A DNA stretch of 54,360 bases, filler included, from Sphacelaria rigidula (GCA_964200075.2; 3 parts of 3 records of this genome joined end to end with filler, not necessarily neighbours in it), one strand, 5' to 3'. Numbered from the whole stretch's first letter, positions 13,805-27,000 are shown. Translations and numbers: made by a program. The notes: a model not told the origin generated them from the sequence alone.

Positions 13805-16800
13805 GATTACGACCGAAATGGATTTGAAACGGGGACATGTTGGAAGGAACGGTTGGATCTGGAAGTGTACGTTTGATCTAGTAGTACACTGGGTCCACGC
13901 ACTCACCCCACCTGTCAGGCCATAATTTACATAGTTCGGATACTGCAGTGTGTCATGCATCCATGCTCCTGCCCTTTCAACTGCACCCTGACCTCTCGGA
14001 TACTCTGCGGGTCCTTAGTCCAGAGATAACCTGGGCCATCAGCATAGGTCCCTCAGTACAGTTGCTGGAAACTGTCCCCCTTTGTCGCTGCCAATAGATT
14101 TAGGCATGCCGAATGTTAGACACAAGTTCAACAGGATGCGGGCTACCGGTGCTGACGCTTTCTTAGGTCTGGGGTAGCCGAAGAGGAACTTCGACGCCCG
14201 TTCGACATCAGTAGTATGTATCGGTTGTCTGATGCGGATGTGCGATGCATGTCCTGAAAGTCGATCTCTAGTACCCTCCCAGGGATGTAAAAATTTGGCT
14301 TGGTACCATTGCTACTTGTGACGTTTGTGCCCTTTTCCTGCGTCTGTAACCGCATGATGGAACGTAGACCCGGCAGTCTTTGTCCAGACTATTCCAGTGG
14401 AAGTGGTTTCGTAGTAGAATCGTGGTGTGCGCTACTCTAGCATGTCCGTAGTGTGCGTGTACGAGTGGTATTACGTCGGGGACTATAGCTGTCTCGGTAT
14501 GGCTAAGTTAGGTTTATGCCTATTCCCGGTAAACCACAACAGGCCCTGGTCGTCCACGATGTAGCGATCTGACGTGGCTCCAGACTCAGCCTTTTTCATC
14601 TCGCTGAGTAAAGAAGCTCAAATTTGACTCAGGTGGGGGTCGTTCTTCTGGTTCTCGATTAGGCTGGTGGATGAAAAAAATAGAGTATTGATCGCTCTGT
14701 TGATGACGGAGTTGTGACTATCGGGTGAGATCCTCCTCGTATGGTTGTTTCCGTGTTCATTGAAGACGACGACAGGGGGGGTTAATTCCTAACAGTTCGA
14801 CCGTGTCCGCTGGGGGTTTGTGTAGGCTGGAGGTGTGCTCTGCGGTTACGAAGTAGATTCGTTGGTGATGAAATCCTCTAGTCTAACAGAGCTGGTACGG
14901 GTTCTGCTGGATCTACGTGGTTCTTCCTGCACCTCGTCATGCAGTGCTCGTACTACCTCTCTTCTCGAGCAAATAGCATCTCCGATAGCTGTGTCATTGT
15001 TTCACTTACTCCTGTCTCATGTGTTTGTGTGTCGGATATCTGGCTTGACTCTTGTCGTGCGACTTCGTCAGATGAGCAGTCGATACAGTCTGTAGTGGCT
15101 GCCATCGACCAGAACGCTGTGATGGAGGCATATCCTACCAGTATCCCGCTCTCTTCTCTCGGTTGACTCAAGGGAACTCCATCCAACACCGATCCTTTCG
15201 GGCCCATTGTGCGACGGTCGGAATTCAGAGTTGGGTCATCCAGAAAAGCGTCGTCAACATCTGAACCTTGTGGGGTGTTGCCAAATTGCCGTCATAAAGC
15301 ATCGAGAAGTTGGTGGCATGTACTACCTACTCTCCACTGTAGTGTCATACCGTACTCTATCAGGCGTAGCGCCCAACGATGTGGTTTAGGTTCTAGGTCT
15401 CTGCTCTCCAATAACGAGAGGATAACGCTGCAATCCGTTACAAGGCTGAATCTTCGACCAGTAATATATGATCCAAAGTGCCCCGTCGCCCATAGGACGG
15501 CCATGCATTCTCGGTGTGTTGCTGCCCTCATTGAATCTGTGCGCGAGAACCGGTGACTGGCGTATGCTACTACTTTCTCGACACCCTCAATCGTCTGGCA
15601 CAACGTCGCGCCGGCCCCCAAAATTCTCGCGTCGGTGTGTAGGGGGGAGAGGTGACTAGTGCCTCCTTCAGTTTATCGAAGGCTTGTTGCTTTTCGTCGC
15701 CCCACGGGATACTCAGTTTTCTTGCGCGTTTTGATTAAAAGTGAGGATTACGTAGGATGTCAGTATGGGGAGTCGCGATGATGCTGTAATAGTCGACAAA
15801 TGATCGCGTGTAACTAGTCATCCCGAAGGAGGAAGGCGCGTAGCTCTTCTACCGTGTTTGGGGGAGAGAGCCTACTAACTGCTCCAATTTTTGGATGGGG
15901 CTGGGCCTCTACCCTCGCGGTCGATCACCATCCCCAAGAATTCCCGGTCAGACATGTACCATAACGATTTTGCGAAGTTGACAGAGTGTTTTGCTTCTAA
16001 CAGAGCCGAGATAAATTTTCGTATTAGGGAAAGGCGTCCAGAGGGGGTTTTGCTGAAGATGCATATGTCGTCTAACCATACCTGGACTCCTTTGAGGGGT
16101 CCTAGGGCTTTAGAAATACCTCTGGTGAAGCCGGATGGGACATTCTTCAGCCCAAAGCTGCACCTTTTGTACTCCCATCATTAACCGAGGGCATCTCTGA
16201 AGGTTGTCTTGGGCTTGTCATTCTTTTCGATTTCGAGTTGGAAGTACCCTGAGGCGAGATCTGATGTTGGGAAATCGTTTATTTCCACTTCATTTGTCGT
16301 TCATGCTTTCAATCATCCCCAGGCCCCCGCTGTCTGTTTCTGTGAGATCATTCAGTTCCCTGTAGTCATGGGATAGCCAGCGTGTGTTGTCTTTTCTTGG
16401 TACCGCGAGGAATCTCGCTGCCCGCTCCGACTCTGATCGCCGAATGATACCTCGTTAGTGAAGTTTCTCTACTTCCGCTTAAATATCTTCTGTTTCGGCC
16501 GGGGAGAAGCGTCGCTGCTTTGTTGCCATAGGTTTACATCGTTCGTCTCTCGACGGTGTACGGATCTTACCTTGGTCTCTTGGTTGGGCGTTTTTTGGAT
16601 CTGCTGGAGGAATACCTTGACGGCTGAACTCGTCCAACAGTGTTGGATGCTCTTGATTCTCAGCGGTGCCGAACTGTCCAAGGTTGGCTTCATCGAGATT
16701 GGACATGATTTTTTCCTTGTTCATCTCTCTTTCTTCCCTGGTATCTTCGTCTAACAATGCTTTCGTGAGATTGCGAGTGAAAGATCCAATTGAGAGCGAC

Positions 16801-16869
16801 CAGCTTATTCGAACGGCGCTAACGGAACCTTTCAGATTGTTCCATGACACTTTGGGCTGTATCATAATA

Positions 16870-17080
16870 GAGGCATCTCAAACTCGGCTCCCGGTATCCT
16901 GGTTTGTTTTGTTCTATTTTTTCAAGTATGAAAGTGATACCCATCCATCAGATGATGAGACCCGTTGACCGCCAGGTCAGGTCCTCCTATGAATCGCGAT
17001 CACTTTCACTTGAAAAAATAGTACACAACTCAGAGCCAGCGAATGAATCAGGATACCGGGAGCCGAGTTTGAGATACCTT
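16870..17080. mobile_element. MITE with about 31-bp TIRs and TA flanks (Tc1/mariner-like non-autonomous)
   Basis: Left end aggcatctcaaactcggctcccggtatcctg; right end caggataccgggagccgagtttgagatacct (1 mismatch). TA at 16868-16869 and 17081-17082. Inserted in the Gypsy remnant. Confidence 0.8.
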
Positions 17081-17559
17081 TAACAAGAGGCTAGTTGACC
17101 CTTCGAACAAACCTACTCAAACTTCGATTAAAGTATTTATTGCTCCGTTCCCCGTCATCCAACGAAGGCCATGACCGGTCTTGTCGGTACGGCGTGGGGA
17201 GGGTATTTTCGGCGGGTGTAAGGCCGGAACCGCCTTCAAGGAGTGATTCCTTCTCACTGCTACCCTTGGCCAAGGCTGTGGTGTGGTGGTCGAGTTGGGT
17301 CAACACGGTGCTCATCAGGCACACCCACCCCTGTTGTCGTGCAGCGGTATAATATGTTACAACCCGAGTGTGGGCATATCCTGGGTTACAAGCAGTATAA
17401 TGTGTCAACACCCCCTGTAGCACCGTTTTGAACGAAACATGCGTTGTCTACGCAGGCCAGGAGCACACAGGGCTGTCAGCCCCACCAAAATTCCGCTTCT
17501 CGTGGTTCGCAGTCAAATCGAGAACTATCAATCATTCTGAAACGTATCCCGGAGCCGGT

Positions 17560-18040
17560 AAACTTCACTGCACTGTCGCACTTTGCCGAGGCAATGTATG
17601 TTCCGCGCTTGCCCGACGGTTCTCGGTATGCGTTGGGTCAGGGTTAGAGTTGCGGTTAGGGTTGGGGTTAGGGGTAGGGGTAATGGTATACTCGTAAAAT
17701 TGTGTCGACCATTCTAAAACGTAGCCTAACGACGAGTAACCCTTCCAACGCGGTGAGGGTAGTTCATCTGGATGACACATACTCTTTTCAAGTGAATATT
17801 GATGCCGATTCAGCAGGTGACCTACCTACCGTCGCGTTCAAAGGGAGGGGAGCAATAAATATGTTCATAGATAATGGTTGATGGGGAACGTCATGGAATA
17901 TTACACACCAACACTAACACTAGCCCTAACCCTAACCCTAACCCCGACCCAAGGCGCACGAGGCCCTCAGGCGAGGAGGGTGCATAGATTCCCCTAGGCC
18001 AAATGTGCGTTGGCAGACTTCACACCGTCGCCTGAAACTG
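17560..18040. repeat. Degenerate foldback element containing telomere-like (TTAGGG)n/(CCCTAA)n tracts
   Basis: gggttagagttgcggttagggttggggttagggg at about 17641-17680 and ctaacactagccctaaccctaaccctaacccc at about 17914-17945, with imperfectly complementary outer arms. A related arm lies at about 51061-51120. Confidence 0.55.
17740..17845. mobile_element. Degenerate copy of the piggyBac-like ~100-bp MITE family
   Basis: CCCTT...AAGGG ends; the core ttcaagtgaatattgatgccgattcagc..gtgacctac is shared with copies at 18261, 29935 and 52231. Confidence 0.55.
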
Positions 18041-18061
18041 CGATTTCGACAAAAGCACGCT

Positions 18062-18161
18062 NNNNNNNNNNNNNNNNNNNNNNNNNNNNNNNNNNNNNNN
18101 NNNNNTTAATTAATTAANNNNNNNNNNNNNNNNNNNNNNNNNNNNNNNNNNNNNNNNNNNN
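18062..18161. other. Assembly gap (100 nt) with an artificial TTAATTAATTAA six-frame-stop linker
   Basis: N44-TTAATTAATTAA-N44; the same structure occurs at 36212-36311. Confidence 0.95.
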
Positions 18162-18260
18162 GGAGCTTCCTCTCTGTCGTTACTTCTCTCTCTGGTGATA
18201 TCGTCATCGACACGCGTGTACACCGCATTTCGTTGGGTGCACCTAGCCAGAGTTGCTCAA

Positions 18261-18366
18261 CCCTTAGACCGCGGTGCCCGTAGTCTATCTGGACCACGCG
18301 TGTACTTTTTCCAAGTGAATATTGATGCCCGATTCAGCGGGTGACCTACTCTCGCGGCTTGACGGT
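18261..18366. mobile_element. Degenerate copy of the piggyBac-like ~100-bp MITE family
   Basis: Starts cccttagaccgc and carries the same core as 29935-30031 and 52231-52332. Confidence 0.6.
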
Positions 18367-21045
18367 CAAGTCCTCCTGCGGAGTTTAGGGGGGGAAGATA
18401 CTTTCGCTCTGTGTTACTCTTTCGCATCTTCCCTGCAAGAGAGAAATGCGACTTCAGCCCCATTTTAGTGTTGAACCCCAAAATTTAAAATCGGCTGTAC
18501 TTAGTAGTGAGCGACGTACGGGCTGACCAGTCATCGGGGGTCCTGCCACGTTTCAGCCCAGATTCTTACTCTTCGATACTTTAGGTCGACCGAGCCTGTC
18601 CCGATCATGTTTGTCAAGAAGTTTCCAACAAAAAAAACACCTATACTCATTGACCGTAAAACACAGTTTTTCGGCTCTAGTCCGATTACCCCCTCCTGGT
18701 CAACAGGTATCTACTCGTATCGCCCGATAACACCAATTTTGACTTGGAAATAGTGTTTCGAGGATGATCTGCTCATTGTACGAACATCTGCTGGAGAAGT
18801 ACGCGAGAAAGACCCCGCCGCACCCCGGAAAAGTTAGACCGCCCACTACTATATGGTATAATATACGTGGATGGCATTACGATCCACTTACCGATACGGT
18901 ACAAGGAAAAATGAAGAAAAAGATGGACGATTTCTCGCCGTCATCGTGAAAATAGCGTGCAGTAGCAATGATTTACGCACAACTCATCATGGGCTCACCG
19001 TGAGCAGTGCTTTAGAAAGATGGGCTGCTGTTCGTGATTGCGGCATTTTTGCACTCTGCCAAGTGTCAGAGGCCGGATGTTATGGCAAACAGATATTTAA
19101 CCCACGGATTGTTCACTCTAGGGACATTTGAGCCTCTTTTAGAACCCCAAAAAGGGAAGATCGCCAACACGACTTGCGGGCGCACCAGCTGGGGTCACAC
19201 AGGAGCTCATGTTTTCAAAGCCGTAGCTCTCTGTGCGGTGTTGGGGTTTCTTCATCGCGAGAGGGGTTCGGCATTCCCTCGTCGACCGTCAAATCGACTT
19301 CGTCATGTGGGTCGTCTCAACGTAGGTTGGTATGCCACCTGTCTGGTTTTTCACCGTTTCTTGTGGATCGAACAGGATCCGCCTGGAACCCCAGAAAGCG
19401 GCACTATACTTTTGTCCTGCCATTTTCCTTGAACTTCGCTTCGCAACCCAAGGAAGTGGTGCTGCGATGGGGTCAGCACTCCCACGGCCCGAGTAGAATT
19501 GTTAGGGACCCCATGTCTCATCCAAAACACCACTGCCGAAATAGGTGAGAGTACGCCAAGGTTCTTCCACTCTGATAATTGTTCGGAACATGAGTCAGAC
19601 TGGTTTCCACCTCGGAAGTGCAGGTCCTATCGCAGCATCACACGGAGTCGATGAACGGATGCTTACATCTACACTGTCACGTCCGATCGTCAAATCACGC
19701 AGAGTTCCCCGAGGCCAGTAGTCATCAGTTTTACCACGCATGTACGAGTTTCGTCCGACAGAGCGAAGACCCCCACCTTCGCAAGTCGCGTTATGTTCAC
19801 TGGCACTTTCAGGCAAAATTCCAGGATCAAATTCCTCAACATGCATGACTTTTCCTCCATCGGTGTCTCTCGTGTGTCGAACCTGAACCATGTGTCTCTC
19901 ATATCTATTGGGAATGAGAGGAAGAGCAAGGATCAAACACCCGATTCATTCCCTTCGAGCGTTGGAATTTCACGTCTGTCTTGAGGTGACACAAGTATTT
20001 GGCTGACGCTCAATATCACTTTCACGTCCCTGGACAGTGAGAAGTATGTACTCGACCGGTGTTCACGTCTCGTCCCGTTCTTTTTTCGTTCGTCGTCAAT
20101 TCCCCCCCTCCCTCGAGACGGGGCGAGTACCGTCACCAAGAATACGTCATGTTCGAGCTTCGAGTCCAGATTGCATAGTATGTAGTTATGAAAAATCACC
20201 GGAATGCCAATATTTGCGCCGTATGTTTCAGTGATTTGGAAGTAATGACTTCCCCCGTGCCGATTGGATTGGAGCGGGCAAAATTTTATCCGCTCGGACA
20301 CGGGGTGGATGGTGACGGTGATTTCGATCCATCATGTTGACGTTCGAATCACGAGATACCGTGCAATTGCCACGGTATTCTCCCCTTGAGAGAATTTCGA
20401 GGTGAGCGCTGGAAAATGCTGATACTTGAACCATCAGAGCCACCTCAGCATGCCTTTTGACCCAGAAGGCCGTCGCCCTTTTCCCGTTTCGTTTGGTAAT
20501 TGAATGTCAGGTACAGGTACAGGGGGATGCTGGGTGGCTATTAAAGCGAACAAAAGACGAGAAACAGAGCTTTTACGTTCATGTCTGCTTGACGTGAGCG
20601 GTCATCATTATCAGCAAAGGTACGCACGCTCACATGCCAGGTTCACGAAGCAGATCTGGACAACCACGTCGCGCCGGTCAACAGATGACGTGGACGGCGT
20701 GAAGGACATGCAAAGTTGCACGCGGGAAACAACCATCTGGTGCTCGATAAGTTGAAAGTTCGCACAATAATCGTGCCAACCCTAGCAAGTGTGTATAGTT
20801 GGAAGTGACATCACATCATCCCTCATTTTCTGGCGAGTGCGCTCAGCTCAAGAGTCATCATTATTAAGCGCTTGGTGTGTGGATACGTTCATGTGGCACA
20901 AAATGCCCCACCACAGGGCAAGATCACCACACAAGCCTCCAGAAAAGAGTTGCAGCATGGCCGCCGCACGTCTACATGAGTGTCGAAACGAGTATGACGA
21001 CACCGAAGAAGGCGGAAGCGTTTTGCTCTTTACAGTGGGGCGTTT

Positions 21046-24000
21046 TCAGTCCTCCTCCTCGGCGGCCTTCGCGGCTCGAAGCTCCGCCTTCTTCGCCTCC
21101 ACCCGCGCCTTGCGCTCATCATACGTGAGCTTGGGCTGTTTGTCGCGGGAACGAGGGAGCAAAGGCGACGCGTGACGAGACACAAACATTTTCAACAGAA
21201 ATTCGGGGAAGACCATATTGCGAGCGGTGGTGAATCAGAAATGAGAGCTTTAGATCCTCTTCGGAAGCATACCCCTCCTCCGTTTCCATCCCTCGTCTTA
21301 CCGTGTTCTTGTAGGCCTTGTCGGGGGTGAACTTGGACTTGGGAGCAGGAGAGGGATCCGCGCGAATGGCCTTGTGGCACTCCTGAGGATATCGATGGAA
21401 TGCGTGGTCAAGCAGGGGTCAACACCGAAGATTACGTCGAACAACGTATGGTTTATCGGGTATCATGATCTTCGGTCGTCATGTGCGGTTTGTCTGGATC
21501 GTCTTCATCAGACACTTTACAAGAATGAAAGTTCAAAGCACACGTCAGACGTTCAGCGGGGATGACGGGAGACAGACTGGGACGAACCCTACTTTCACCC
21601 CTGTTGAGTTCTGTCCACATCGAGGGATGCTATGGTAGGAGCGCACGAATTTTCTCCGAGGTTACGTGGGAGCACTTCATCTCATCCACAAGACGACCTT
21701 CGAAATTTGCGAGAGTACGCCAGGATTACTACTCTAATGTGCTAGGGATATCATCAAGGACTCATATTCGTGTGCATCTAGAATTATTGGGAGACCCTGA
21801 AAAAGACAATATTTCGGGCACAGAGTGCAACAGCCCTACTGTGGCATTGCTCCATCCCTCGTGACTTCCATGCATGGACGCACACGTAAGGCTCCAAAAA
21901 CCAAGCTTCTTCTTTATAGCCCTTTCACCTTGTACATTTCTTCAACGTCCTCATGGGTGATATCATTGGCGATGTACTCGGCGAAGTGCTCCTTGTACTT
22001 GGCCTCATCTTCCTCAGTCAGGTACTCCATGTACTCCGCAATGTGGGCGCCGTATATGCGGTCACGGTGCATCTCCGCCTGTACTCCACACACGCACACA
22101 CACACACATACGACGGAAACGTGTGCGCAGATATCGAGTTGTCCATCAGGCATGTACTGGTAACATCAGTTTCGTCATGACGGTATAAGACGGACCAGCA
22201 CTGAGGCAGTAGCACCTTCCGCTGATTCCAGACGATCGGAGGGTTACAGGAGAAACGTCCGAAGACCGCCTTTTTGTGCATCGAGTGGAACAACGTTGAT
22301 CGCTCGACTGAAAGTCGGCGTTATTACTCACATCGTACGACTTCGTGTCGCGGTCATATCCAGGGAAGCGCTTTTCGTTGTGGGGAACGTCGAGCCCGCC
22401 ATCGGCGGCGCCCTTCATGCATCCGAACAGCCGGTTACTGCAGGAGGACAACACGTGTCAGAACACGATAAAAGAGGCAGTGACACTCAGAGTCAACAAG
22501 GCTGTGTCTTCGTCCTACACGCTCATCAGTTGACGTGCGGATGGCTATTTGACACCTCACGCCCCCCCGCACTACGATGAGGCCCCGTATAAACGCTCTC
22601 CTAATGGACAACATGGCTTCCTGACCATACCTGCTGAACGTTAGGAGGACAAAATGGTTTGTATAACGGTATACAGTCAATGGCCCAAATATTGGGACTC
22701 CGGCTCAACAGGATAATAGGGACTGCGGAAACAGCCGGGATCGACATCACCCCCCTGGAACACAGCTACTCCAATAACAAGACGTACGACGAAAGCATGC
22801 GGAAAAAACGAGGACATGGGAAAACGGGAGTCACGAGAATGAACAACCAACTTGGGCTCACCCGGTCGAGGTAGACCGGATGCCGACGTCCAGCAGAGCC
22901 CTGAACGGGCGCTTCTCCTCGTCCACTTCATCCACATAGTATGTGCGTTTGTTGACCTCGGTCTTGACCACCTCTCCGTCTGCCTCATCCTCGTCGTCAT
23001 CGCCATCCTCGTCGGCGCCAACACCCTGCCCGGTGTACAGGTTCTCCATTTTCTTGTCATCGTCCTCCTCGTCGAGGCCCTGACGCGTTCAGTGACCGAA
23101 ACACGACAGGGTGAGAATCGGGTAGTCTTTCAGCATACGATCAGCAACGCTATTTGACGGAAATATCATGCACGCAAGATGTCATGATCAAGACGCTGGC
23201 GTCGTGTAGCACGTTGCAAGTACGCGAAGAACATCGTATGCAGCAGACCATGTACACCACGTGGGAACAAATGATCTCATGTACCGTGGAAACAAACATG
23301 ACCCTGGGGACAGGCAAGACACCGATTTACCAGCTGTCTGAGCAGACGACGGGCCACCAAGAGACCGGTGCAGTAGGCCGCGGCGTAGTTCTTGAGTCCA
23401 ACCTTCACGCCATAGCGGGGAAGCTCGGTGGACGACGCCTGGCACATGACCTAAACAAATCCGCGAAAGACCGTGCAGGAATACGTGGCACGCTTGTTCT
23501 TCATCGTGTCGAGAACGAGAAAACCACCTCGTCCGAACGCCTACTCGAAATGGTGTATGGTAAAAGGGAATAATTACACGAATTCGATCCCATTTACGGA
23601 CTTACCGGAGCTTCAAAATTGGCGTATCAAGCAGAGTGAACGATAGTATGCGATCAAGAAACTCGAATCGAACGAGAAAGGAAGATCAACATCAGGGGAA
23701 GACTCGTACTTTCAAGTGACACGATGAGGACGCGCGTCGTCCGAAAAAAATGAAGGAGATGGGTATGGAAACAACCTTACACGGTACCCTGATCAAGGCT
23801 ACATAGCGAAGGGTACAAAGATTGTATGAAGTGATTTCGATAGCAGCCTGCTGACAGCGGATGCGAATACAATATCCCGCGTTTCCCCTCCTTTTGCTCG
23901 AGACACCATCACAATACTCACCACATCACCCTGGATGGTGGCGTAAATGATCTGCGCCAGCACGAATCGGTTAGTGAACCGCACGACGAGCCTGTACTTC

Positions 24001-27000
24001 GGCGAGTTGTACTTGTTCTTGTCCTGATTGTCACACGCCAACGGGGTTCAAAAACGCACACGCGAGCCGACGAACGGAGGTATAGGGAGGGCATGTGGGA
24101 ATATGAATTACGCAACGAACGTCGAGGCGGAGACCGCGAATGTTCAGAAGCGCGAAGTGTGCGCTGTGTAGACGTTGGTACTTGTACCCACGATATCCCA
24201 AGGTGAATGCTACGACAGTCCCTTCCGATCGGAGACTGCGCAGGAAGGGCTGTGGATCGAGCTACGCAGGCGACTGCTGCATTGCCCATGATATGGCGGT
24301 TTCATTACAGAAAATGGCGATGTCTGCGCGACGTGAGGTGGACAGCAACCTCAAGGCATTTTTGCCAGTTATCGCAGATGCACATCTAGCATTCGAACGT
24401 GGGGGATTGGGAAAAACGAACAGAGGGATCTTCCTTCAGCCTGCTGAGGTATATGTGAGTGTTCATACGCCACGACACGGCTGTGGACTTTAGTTGAGAG
24501 ACTCCCGCCCCGCGACACCCAGTACAGTATTATTAGAAACCCCACACTCTTCATCCGAAACCAGTACCACCTCCACGGGAGGACATACGTTTCGCAGTGG
24601 CCGCGGCTCCACAGCAAACTCGAGGGTCCACTCCTATATTTCAACCGCAATCTGCAGATAACGTCATGTTTTGCTGATGAGCTATATTTCCCGACGTCAT
24701 GTGCATGCTCCCAGGAAGGGTAATTAAGTCGCTGTAGTCTCAGGGAGCGGGCGGGAACCAACCTGGCAAATCAACCTTTTCCGCGCGCGGTAGTCCGTCT
24801 TGCCCTCGCGCCTGCGACGGAACTTCACTTGGTACCGCTTGAAGTACGCCTTCGTCTTCTGCACCTTGACGAACGCCTGCGGTTGACGGGTCAAGAACAA
24901 CGGTCACATCCCACTATTTTTCACGTGACATGAAAATTTTCATGGTCATTTTCGGCGATAAACAACGGCGGCCGTGACATGTACGACAGGAGCAGAACTT
25001 GAGGAGTGACTTCCGTTAAGCGAGCGAGCTGCCAGCTGCTTTTCACGAACACAACAATTGCCGTTGCAGCACACTCGAGTCCGAGGTGACGAATCCAAAA
25101 ACCGAAAGCGACGAAACCTGATATCCCGGGCAAACACATCAAGACATCTAGCGCCGGCGCCAGGCAACTCCATCTGAGAGCCACGTAGAGGATGGCAATG
25201 TAGACGAGGAGGGTGCTCTCGGACGGACGACTGGCCGCCAGAACACATTTCAGTCGTTTCGTTTCTTCACCAGTATCGCAGGATGATACGGTTGAGGCGG
25301 CGTCTTATCGGAAATGACTGGTCATTTTTCAAGAAATCACCTTCGTGAAAAAAGACCGATGATTGGTTGCTGCGATACCACCCCCCGAAAAGTGCCAAAA
25401 AAACACATTTATAAAAGTGGTTTTGTGACGCCTCGAACGGGGACATACAACATGCCGTTGACAGGGACATAACCAGAGTCTTGACAGAAAAGTCAAGACA
25501 ATCAAACCTGAACCAGCGGACTGCACTGCCCTCACAAACTAAAACACGTGACCTTGGTTAAACCGATTCAGATTTCAGTGAGAAATGATGATTCGCGATC
25601 AAAAACAGCCAGTAACGGCACGTTTTCGTTTGACACGCACGTGGCCGCCTTTCATCTTATACTGGACGGACTCCCGTCGAACAAAGGCTGTCGTGTGTCG
25701 ATGATGAAGAGCTAGCGCTTGAGATAATGCGCATGAGTGGTGAAAGTCTATCCGTCGGTTTTCGCGGCTGGGTGTGTAGGCGCTGTGCCACCTCTTTGCG
25801 TCTTGTCCGCAGCAGTACGGACATTCGACTAACCTCCACTTCCAGAACCACCGCATTTTTCACCTGGGCGCTGATCTGGGCTTCGATCTGAACAAACCCA
25901 CCTGTCGATAAGATGGACCACTGGCCATTGTGGGGGCAATCACTTCTCCAGAAGTAATTTTTTTTTAAATGATGATCACTTCTGATAAGAACCCGCCTGA
26001 GGCGGCGGGTTGAGGTTCTCAGTTGTCAGTCCAAGACTCGACAGCAGCCAGCTGCGGAAAAGAGCTGAGGTTCGTGGAAAGTAGAAGCTCGCCACCTACG
26101 TGCCGTGCGTGTTGCTCGTATGTACATGTCAACGCATGTGTTCATCCTCCTCGACCGGATATTGGGGTCAAGGGGGAAACCTCCGTGAGTCTCCGGCCCA
26201 CGACATTAGTCCGCACACCCGCACGCTGTGCATGCAGCACATACAACCCCCACCAAATGCGCCACGCACCACAGTTCTGCAGCATCGAACTGGTCAGTTG
26301 TATGTGTTGATCACATGCTGCAATAATGACACGTAGATGCCCGCGGCCACCACAATGTACTGCGCTACCACGGGGATGTTTCATCCGTGACGCCTCTCAT
26401 GTTTCGAAGGGACGGAACGGATTTTTCAGGAGCCGTTTCGTTTTCAAAAAGAGCTGATCTGAATCCCCGTTCGGAAGAAGGAAATGGAACCGCCTGCAAC
26501 CCCATTGACGCAACTAGGATTGAGATACGAGCATTTGGTCAAGAATGGCGATTCACTGTCGACTCAGTGCTTGCCAGCGAGTTGAAAGTTGGGAAACTTG
26601 ATGGGAATTGCTGGGAAAGCAGAGTACACATGAACTCGACTTTTGAAAATCATCAAGTATCACTCCGTCGCAAGTAATGACACTTTGCTGTTTCTTCCGT
26701 AGCCAATCACATGATCACGAGAGTATGAGCTTCGAGCCACAAACCCGTTCTACTTCCACAGCAGACTCCACAGCAGTCCCTCACCGCAGATGCGGCCAAA
26801 CTTTGCGGGCGCTTAACTCAACAGTACCGACTGACGGAGGGCGTTGAATGGTGCCGGTATCAGGTTTTGATCGCGAAAAATATGCTCTCCAGACGGCAGT
26901 AGTGTTTGTACGGGGATATCCCTGGATCACAAAAAGCAGACCGACAGCCTTCATATCCCGTGAGCAATGGCTCTCGACATACACAGCAGCTTCCATAGCA

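Larger units (their letters stand above)
11880..17360 (-). mobile_element. Degenerate Ty3/Gypsy LTR retrotransposon (RT, RNase H, integrase; frameshifted, with nested insertions)
   Basis: Minus-strand remnants run in Gypsy order. RT start KPMATKQRRFSPAETEDI is at about 16480-16530 and RT WLDDICIFS at about 16055-16080. RNase H VVAYASHRFS...RECMAVLWATGHFGSYITGRRFSLVTDCS...RWALRLIEY is at 15292-15621. Integrase motifs are VLEIDFQDM..YILL (about 14210-14280), QGAVERAGAW...IKRTLPDP..PSNMSPFQIHFGR (about 13805-13990) and HEKWTGLWKV (about 13170-13205). A C-terminal WEYKGRY..WLTE..LQLDVLH region lies at about 12820-12920. A polypurine tract GAGGGGGGA (12209-12201) abuts a CGTTACAG LTR-like start at 12200. 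Outer boundaries are approximate. Confidence 0.9.

Noticed and set aside
18106..18117. TTAATTAATTAA palindrome inside N-runs (also 36256-36267)
   Set aside because: Artificial scaffold linker with stops in all six frames; not biological.
18400..20460. Several overlapping short ORFs downstream of RPL5
   Set aside because: No recognisable protein motifs or consistent exon chain; probably decayed repeat DNA.
25968..26001. ATGATGA...CTGA box C/D-like pair on the + strand in RPL5 intron 1
   Set aside because: Antisense to the host gene, too short, and no recognisable rRNA guide.
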